Position numbers and translations under genes: made by a program. Below, in pieces: positions 55,406 through 64,000 of a DNA stretch of 64,000 nt. Source of the DNA: Octopus vulgaris (Eukaryota). Location of the stretch: assembly GCA_951406725.2 (NCBI GenBank), contig OX597834.1:10850001-10914000 (forward strand), written 5' to 3'. Below the pieces are notes generated by a model. The model was given only the letters and a program-made list of their open reading frames with translations. It ran no database searches and had not been told where the DNA came from. The first letter of the stretch is position 1; each line of letters starts with the position of its first letter.

Positions 55406-55884
55406 CTTTTACTTCTTTCAGTCACTAGATTGCGGCCATGCTGGGGCACAAAGCTGACGAATTTTTAGTTGAATGAATCCACCCCACTACACATATACTT
55501 TTGTTTAACACGAGCCATTATGCAGCGATAGTACATTTGTGTATAAATGTTTCGCATTAGTATTATTTATGACCGATTGCCAATAGACTTGTGGCTAATG
55601 CATGAAGATTAGATGGACTGGTGTCCTTGTATCTGATCAAATATATAAGCCCTGCTTAGTGGTGGAGATAGATATAAACGTGTAGTAATCGTAGGAGTAC
55701 CAATTAAAATGTATAAGTCGATTGCTGTTTAACTGGTGATATGAAGAAACGTGTAAAAGGAGCAAATTTTATTCGTGGGAAAGTAGGATTATGCACGTTT
55801 GAATAAAGTTCCAGTAAATGCTGGATTTGGGCAGCGTTCATCGGGATTTGAATATTACTTTTAAATGTTTGTAGGTAGAAACTA

Positions 55885-55976
55885 TTCCGCATAGCTCAGT
55901 CGGTAGAGCATCAGACTTTTATAGGTCAAGCTTAGAAGTAATATGAGTGTCGCGGGTTCGAGTCCCTCTGCGGGCG
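55885..55976 (+). tRNA. tRNA-Lys(TTT)-like gene with a 19-nt intron at canonical position 37/38; probably a pseudogene
   Basis: TAGCTCAGTCGGTAGAGCATCAGACTTTTA[TAGGTCAAGCTTAGAAGTA]ATATGAGTGTCGCGGGTTCGAGTCCCTCTGCGGGCG; intact A and B boxes; single mismatches in the acceptor (1-72), anticodon and T stems. Confidence 0.8.
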
Positions 55977-55990
55977 TAAACCAATTATAG

Positions 55991-56090
55991 GCGTGAGAGT
56001 GGCTGCGTGGTAAGCGTCTTCTACTAAAGCCTCGTGTTGACCAAAGCCTTGTGAGTGGATTTGTTAGACGGAAACTGAAGGAAGCCCGTC

Positions 56091-56142
<52 letters not shown>

Positions 56143-56345
56143 ATATGTTTCTTCGTCTGTGTCCCACCCAACATCGCTTGACAACCGATACTGGTGTGTT
56201 TACGTTCCCGTAACGAAGCAGTTCGACAAAAGAGACCGATGGAACAAGTCCCTAGGCTTGCAAAGAATAAGTCCTGGTGTCGATTTGCTCGACTAAAGGC
56301 GGTGCCCTACCATGGCCACAGTCAAATGACTGAAACAAGTAAAAT
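55991..56345 (+). mobile_element. SINE family B with a deletion in the head
   Basis: gtggctgcgtggtaag joined to gtcttctacta; tail intact. Confidence 0.85.
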
Positions 56346-56429
56346 AGCATACGTTGATTATAACCAAGTCCGATATTAATGGAATTTGAAATCAAGACAT
56401 AACAGATGAAACGTTGCTAAACATTATAT

Positions 56430-56846
56430 ACTCTTTTACTCTTTTACTTGTTTCAGTCATTTGACTGCGGCCATGCTGGAGCACCGCCTATAGTCGAGCA
56501 AATCGACCCCGGGACTTATTCTTTTTGTCAGCCCAGTACTTATTCTATCGGTCTCTTTGGCCGAACCGCTAAGTGACGGGGACGTAAACACACCAGCATC
56601 GGTTGTCAAGCAATGCTAAGGAGACAAACATAGACACACAAACACATACACACACACACTTATATATATATATACATATATACGACAGGCTTCTTTCAGT
56701 TTCCGTCTACCAAATCCACTCACAAGGCATTGGTCGGCCCGGGGCTATAGCAGAAGACACTTGCCCAAGATGCCACGCAGTTGGCCTGAACCCGGAACCG
56801 TGTGGTTGGTAAGCAAGCTACTTACCACACAGCCACTCCTGCGCCA
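56430..56846 (-). mobile_element. SINE family B, full length
   Basis: Reverse complement of the family B sequence; tail-to-tail with the previous copy. Confidence 0.92.
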
Positions 56847-57042
56847 TATAGCGTCTAATAATATAAAACAAATGAAAGATGAAACCAACCACTACATATT
56901 ATCCAGTGATTTACTTCAGTCCCACACACTCTCATGCTTTTAACTGTATATGCCCTCAACCTGTTTGTTATCAACACCGTTTTCATAATTGATATCGACT
57001 GAGTCTTACACTCAGGTTCCCCATAATTAAAGCTTGAATACA

Positions 57043-57603
57043 CTCTCTTTTACTCTTTTACTCTTTGACTCGTTTTAGTCATTTGACTGCGGCTATGCTG
57101 GAGCACCACCTTTAGTCGAGCAAATCGACCCCAGAACTTATTCTTTGTAAGCCTAGTACTTAATCTATCGGTCCATTTTGCCGAACCGCTAGTTTACGGG
57201 GACGTAAACACAGACACACAAACACGCACACACGGAAAATGCCACTTATATTTGAACACTATACAAATATTCTTTTAAAAAAACTTTTCTTTTAATTTTC
57301 TAAATTTAATTATTTAATCGTTACAGTTGAAAAGGTCACAAATGACTGAAACCGGTACTGAAATGTTCTTTATAAAATTATTTTAGCATTTTCTATCTTG
57401 AGTTGTTTTTTCCTATATATATATATATATACATATATACGACAGGCTTCTTTCAGTTTCCATCTACCAAATCCACTCACAAGGCTTTGGTCGGCCCGAG
57501 GCTATAGTAGAAGACAATTGCCCAAGATGTTACGCAGTGGGACTGAACCCAGAACCATGTGGTTGGTAAGCAAGCTACTTACCACACAGCCACTCCTGCG
57601 CCT
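57043..57603 (-). mobile_element. SINE family B split by ~180 bp of unrelated sequence
   Basis: 3' half at 57043-57232 and 5' half at 57415-57603. Confidence 0.82.
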
Positions 57604-58049
57604 CTATTTTGTTTAATTTCCAAATGAACATTGAAAATATCATCGAAAGCATACCTTTCACTTTATTAGCCATCTAATGCTAATGAAGGTTTGCATGCAA
57701 TTTCTACATCCTGCCAAGGAGATGGTGATCCAAGCTTATGAATATATGTTAATGAGCATATAATGAGTTACCTGCTGAATCGTTGGTTCTGAAATACATG
57801 TTAATGTATGAATATATGAATAATCTGTAGGGATGCAGTTTAGTCTGAATCAATTACTATAATCACCATTTTGGCTCCTTTCCTACTGAAATGCGTCCTA
57901 ATCCTATCTTTAATATAAGGACATTTTTTCAAGGCGGCGAGCAGTCAGGAAATATACTTAGAAGCATTTTGTCCATCCGTTCAAATTCCGCTGACGTCGA
58001 CTTTTACTTTCATCTTTACGGGGTCGATAATATATGTATCTATTTATTT

Positions 58050-58280
58050 ATTTATTTATTACCCACGAGGGGCTAAACATAGAGGGGATAAACGAGGACA
58101 GATATAGGTATTAAGTCGATCACATCGACCCCAGTGCGTATTTGGTACTTAATTTATCGACCTCGAAAGGATGAAAGGCAAAGTCGACCTCGGCGGAATT
58201 TGAACTCAGCACGTAAAAGCAGACGAAATACGGCTACGCATTTCGCCCGGCGTGCTAATGATTCTGCCAGCTCGCCCCCT
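58050..58280 (-). mobile_element. SINE family A nested in an older plus-strand family A copy (57933-58380)
   Basis: TSD tcgataatatatgta at 58024-58038 and 58290-58304. Confidence 0.85.
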
Positions 58281-58649
58281 TTATGTAGCTCGATAATATA
58301 TGTACCAGTTGAGCACTGGGGTCGATGTTATCGGCTACTCTCTCCCTTGAAATTGTTACCTAAATATTACACCTATAGTATGTCATTTTGTTCAGCCAGT
58401 ATTTAATATACACGTACATGTTACACCCTGATTTTAATCGTTGGTTACCATCTAATTCTAGCAATTCTGAATAATCATGTACAAGGAATTATTCTTGAGC
58501 AATTTAGTCTACACTATGATATCATATTGTACTTGTGACTTTTAGTGGATGTAATGTCATAATCTCTGGTGACAATTTTAGAGCGGGTACATATTTGTGA
58601 TATCTGAGTTGTTGAATTGATCGCTTGCGTGCTTACCCGATGTATATCG

Positions 58650-58865
58650 GTTAACCTCTTAAAAACTCACGTATCATATGATGTTTTGTATGATGCAACT
58701 TCAGACACCATCACCGATGTTTACTGGGGCTTTTACGGGTTTGAGGTCTTTCAAAATTACACACTCTCACCCAGCCAGGTTTTATCAAGCTCCACCTTGT
58801 ATCTAATAAGAACTAAATTTGATAGCGGTACACTGTGCACGGCTCACACCCTGATAACTGTAGCT
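58650..58865 (+). repeat. ~215-bp local duplication, copy 1 (empty site)
   Basis: Matches 59972-60434 once the SINE is removed from that copy. Confidence 0.88.
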
Positions 58866-60038
58866 AACCTATGTCAACTTTTGTTGGCACCACAGCAAAC
58901 GTGTTGAACTTTTAATTGACATCTTCTAATCACCGTTGTCCTCAATCAAAACAGCATTAAAATATTTTCCTTAATGCTGTTACGATTGCGTATATAATAC
59001 TTGGAAACCTAGATATACACACAGGCGAGGTGTTCACGGATAGAACGTCTTCAATCACGGCTCTCCCCGATCATGTTTGACCTCTGGATAAATAACAACA
59101 TCAAGCCATTTTTCTATTCTCTGTATGTAATTTTCTATTTTTGTAAAAATGTTTGTTAAAAACGTTCGTATTTGACACCTACCGTTCATATTTTGTGATT
59201 TATTCACAATATTTGTCATATATCACCCATTAGTTTACCATTTATTATTTATTTATTCATTTGATTATATTATGGGTTTTGTTCTCCTTGTTGTTATTTT
59301 TCATAATGCTCTCAGCACATTAATTTATAAATTTCACTTTTCTTTCAACATCAAAAGAAATTTATTATCTATTTAAAAAACAAAATAATATCGTATGTGA
59401 AAAGGCCACCATATATTTAAATTTTTGTTTTTGTTTTCATGCCAAATTTAATTCATTGGAAAGGCAATTTAAATCATATTCATTGATTTTCTTTGTCTTA
59501 TTTTCTAATGTACGTTACAAAAAAAGAACATGGTGTCTATTAAATAAACAATCCAACTTCTGATGTTTGTCTTGAATATAAAAGAACTTATAAATAATTA
59601 TCAAATTCTCCTGCACATACTCATAGTACAAACTGAAATTCAAATATATAAATTATGTTATTATATACAGACGTATTAATTATATATAATGAAGTATTTC
59701 TCTCAATGCAGAAAAAAAGTTTCTCTGGAATTAAAACTTCATGACATGTCAGGCAGGAAAACTAGCCAAAACGGTATGCGTTCAATATAGATTTCCTAAA
59801 CGTTTGTGAAATTATATGACTTCATTGCTTTGTAACAATCATTGTATGCTTTGACAGAATAAAAGGAGGCGTAGTAGCTGCGAGTAACACTTCTTTTGCT
59901 GTGTATACCATAGTCTGCAATATATTGTTTGTAATTTTCTGTATATAATTTTCTAATTTTGTAAAATGTTTGTTAACCTCTTACAAAAATCACGTATCAT
60001 ATAATGCTTTATATGATGCAACTTCAGACACCATAACC

Positions 60039-60269
60039 TATTGCTTTACTACCCTCAAGGGGCTAAACACAGAAGGGACAAACAAGGACAGACAAACGGA
60101 GTTAGTCGATTATATCGACCCCAGTGCGTAACTGGTACTTATTTAATCGACCCCGAAATGATGAAAGGCAAAGTCGACCTGGGCGGAATTTGAACTCAGA
60201 ACGTAGCGGCAGACGAAATACTGCTGAGCATTTCGCCCGGCGTGCTAACGTTTCTGCCAGCTCGCCGCC
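60039..60269 (-). mobile_element. SINE family A monomer with 16-bp TSD inside duplication copy 2
   Basis: ttcagacaccataacc at 60023-60038 and 60270-60285. Confidence 0.93.
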
Positions 60270-62387
60270 TTCAGACACCATAACCGATGTATACTGGGGC
60301 TTTTACGTGTTTGAGGTCTTTCAACGTTACACACTCTCACTCAGTCAGGTTTTATCAAGCTCCACCTTGTATCCAATAAGAACAAAGTTTGATAGCGGTA
60401 CACTGTGCACGGCTCACATTCTGTTGACTGTAGCGAACACGCGAGGAAAAGAGTTCTACTTAGAAATTCAAGTCTCATCCAGTTGCCGTATATTTGACTG
60501 AGTACTCCTCTGTATTTTGCATTCTTAATTTAATTCACCATGGAAATATTATAGTAATATGACAAGTTTTAATATTTGAAGACAGGTTGATTGTATTCCA
60601 GGGTTCTACGTACAAATTTTCACCAACCGGGTGGCACTCCTAGGGGATGGGCAGGCACAAGTCCATGGTGAAGACAACTCCGGAATGTGACGCGCTATGT
60701 GATCCGACCCTGGTAAATGTGATTAGAGACATATAAATGTGGTGAGAAAAAACAGAAATATTCTCACACACTCGTCGTTCATCACAAATTATATGTAATT
60801 GTCTCTAATTTGGTTATCCGTAATATGAATAATTCGAAGCGCTGATATTCAAATACAGTTGAACAAAAATTGAAATAGTTGAAGTAGATAAAGGGAAGAT
60901 GATTCGTAATAAGCAGATCATTTGGAATTGGCGTGAATCTTCAATTCGATTTTGAAAAAAAGAAAAGAAACAAACAAACATTTCATCAAGATATCAAGAG
61001 GTATGTACAGAAAAAAAGAAAATAGATTTTCTGAGATGGAAAAAGAATTTAGAATTAGTTATGCCTCGAGATTATGTATTGTTGTCTTAAGCAAAATTTA
61101 TGCGTATGTAAGCTTTAAACCGAATCAACATTTGATTCCTAGGTCTCATTTCAACGCAAGTCATTACTGGCTGATACGTTTTATGACACATTATTCTAAC
61201 ACTCTGCCGTATAAAACCGCTTTCACGGCGGATGCCTAAAGACTATGAAGAAATGTTTTATTCATGTTATAAGAACCATCATTGTCTTGTGACATAATAT
61301 CTGTATTCACTAATCAATCCGGATTACTGATCAGTCACAGGTGTATTATGAGATGTTTGGTGTTATAAGCTCTTGATTCAAAAATGTATCCGTTCATAGA
61401 GGTGGCCATGCACAACGGCTTCCTATAGTTACTAGTACTTGTGTTAATGTAACTCCTTATGTCTCACTCATATATAACTGCCAGACGAAAAACATTAAAT
61501 TTATAAAATAATTGTGTAGCATTAAATTAAGAGAAGTCATTTTACAAGCGGTTTATAGGCTGCGAAATTTCGTATGAATAAAATAGTTAAATAAAATTCG
61601 AAAGACTCATGCTTTGAATGAATGGTTAAAAACATAGACTATCTTCCAAAATAAGGCAAAATGGAAATATGTTCGCTGTAAAATTGGGGTCATTCATCGT
61701 CGGAGTATAGATGTGTTTTAGTATAAAAAAAAAATCATTAAGAGGTAAAAGAAAAACGCTTAGTATTAGGTGAGAGGAATATGAAATGGTACCAGGGTAG
61801 TAGTGATATTTTAGTGATGGGAGAGTTTTGTCAGTTATGTATATAAGAAAATATACGAGTAATAGGGTGCACATTAAGTGTACAAAAATTTATGCATCGT
61901 GTCGGAGAAGAATAATCTTATAAGGAGAAAGGTTTTTGCATATTTATTCATACGCGAGTAGAGGCATATGTGCACATTAGTATATATAAATATTGGGATT
62001 CTAGTTGCTGAATCATTATGGTATACATAAAAAAATGAACACAGTACAAATATATAAACATACCGGTGCAAAGAGAGAGGATTCACACACATATGGTTAT
62101 AAAATACGCACGCATAAACAAAATGGGTAGTGTATTTATGTATGCGAAACATACATATATAGGCAGATATACACGTTCATATTAGAAATACATGTTAGTA
62201 CCAATATATAATAAACATATAGTAGACATGTATACATACATTCATATATATGTGATCCCGTGTGTACCGTTGGCGAGTTTTTTCCTCCGTCTTCCCTTCT
62301 TTTCCTGAGCGTCCAATAACACTATTCTTGTTCCACGTCCACGCGTTATTGTGTTTTCTCTTTGTGTTTTCATGTTTGGATTAACTG

Positions 62388-62910
<523 letters not shown>

Positions 62911-63099
62911 GTAGTAAATATATAGTAAACTCGTAGGGCATCAGGAAGTACTATGTGTGCATATATCAGCAGTAAAATATATGTAATTATAGGGTATAAT
63001 GACAAGTAACATAAACCAGTAATAGTTAGAATGGGCATGTTGAGGGGGGTACATGGACACATTATGTAAATAAAATAAAATGAAAAAAATTATGGGCAT

Positions 63100-63345
63100 A
63101 TAACATCATAAATTTTAGTGTGAAACAAAAGTCATTTTTTTCTTACAAAGAATAAACTTTAATCAACAACATATTTTGCCATTTTTCTCGATGATCTTTT
63201 GCCCTCCTTCTGGCAGATTCATGATTCTGCACTCATAGAACTCCTGGTCCTAATCAGCCAAAAACTGAAGCAGGTCCGCTTTCAGGTCATCATTATTTTT
63301 GAAAATTTTACATCTTCAAAGAATTTTGTAAACTTCTAAAAAACT
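63100..63345 (-). mobile_element. Mariner transposase C-terminal remnant
   Basis: Minus strand FRSLQNSL..NNDDLKADLLQFLAD*DQEFYE..IMNLPE..QKIIEKNGKYVVD (frameshifted). Confidence 0.75.
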
Positions 63346-63445
63346 CCGATCTCGCTATCGTGAGAGCTACACCCTAACCAATAATTCATGCATCTTTGTA
63401 TACTTTAGTACACATGTTTACTTTTGTAACAACATGTATACTATT

Positions 63446-63626
63446 TTACTCTTTTACTTGTTTCAGTCATTTGACTGCGGCCATGCTTGAGCACCACCTT
63501 TAATCGAGAAACTCGACCCCGGGACTTATTCTTTTGCCGGACCGCTAAGTAACGGGGACATAAACACACCAGCATCGGTTGTCAAGCAATGCTAGGGGGA
63601 CAAACACAGACTCACAAACACACACA

Positions 63627-63664
<38 letters not shown>

Positions 63665-63828
63665 TACGACGGGCTTCTTTCAGTTTCCGTCTACCAAATC
63701 CACTCACAAAGCTTTGGTCGGCCCGAGGCTATAGTAGAAGACACTTGCCCAAGGTGCCGCGCAGTGGGACTGAACCCGGAACCATGTGGTTGGTAAACAA
63801 GCTACTTACCACACAGCCACTCCTGCGC
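63446..63828 (-). mobile_element. SINE family B with a small internal deletion
   Basis: Reverse complement of the family B sequence, ending cacagccactcctgcgcc. Confidence 0.9.
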
Positions 63829-64000
63829 CTACGAGGTTATTAATGCCCTTAAGTACGTGCACGTATTTCATTTTACTCACATACATGCATAGCAATTATT
63901 ATAAATGATTTAATACGATTGTACATACACCATTATATTCTCAAATGTATGCAAATGCATACAGAAGTGAACATGTGTATATGTTAACAGCTTTCAAGTT

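Noticed and set aside
63589-63843. Recurrent peptides such as RRASFSFRLPNPLT..TMWLVSKLLTTQPLLR and NWYLFNRPR..RRNLNSER in many ORFs
   Set aside because: Antisense translations of the two SINE families, not a protein family

Overview
AT-rich eukaryotic (metazoan) DNA that is almost entirely intergenic or intronic and dominated by repeats. The two dominant tRNA-headed SINE families and the dense (TA)n/(AAT)n/(CA)n microsatellites look like cephalopod (Octopus-type) DNA; this is recognition from memory and was not checked against a database. No intact host protein-coding gene is supported, and most listed ORFs are microsatellite or SINE artefacts. Supported content: (1) about 20 copies of SINE family A, including head+[unit]n multimers bounded by single target-site duplications (TSDs), and about 10 copies of CORE-like SINE family B. 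(2) A 5'-truncated, nearly intact R4/Dong-clade non-LTR retrotransposon (RT plus restriction-like endonuclease, three in-frame stops) at 17989-20918, inside an (AAT)n-rich nest that also holds other Dong fragments and a ~555-bp non-coding (TAA)-associated element present twice. (3) Remnants of HERO, RTE, CR1/L2 and Penelope (GIY-YIG) retroelements, Tc1/mariner transposases and a non-autonomous Helitron. (4) An intron-containing tRNA-Lys(TTT)-like gene at 55885-55976. The most interesting signal is a set of unrelated hammerhead-ribozyme motifs (apparently intact at 48826-48907 and 7683-7743, degenerate elsewhere). They lie in short, often inverted-repeat-bounded modules next to (TA)n tracts, and one family pairs a tRNA-like A-box head with the ribozyme directly behind a Penelope endonuclease ORF.
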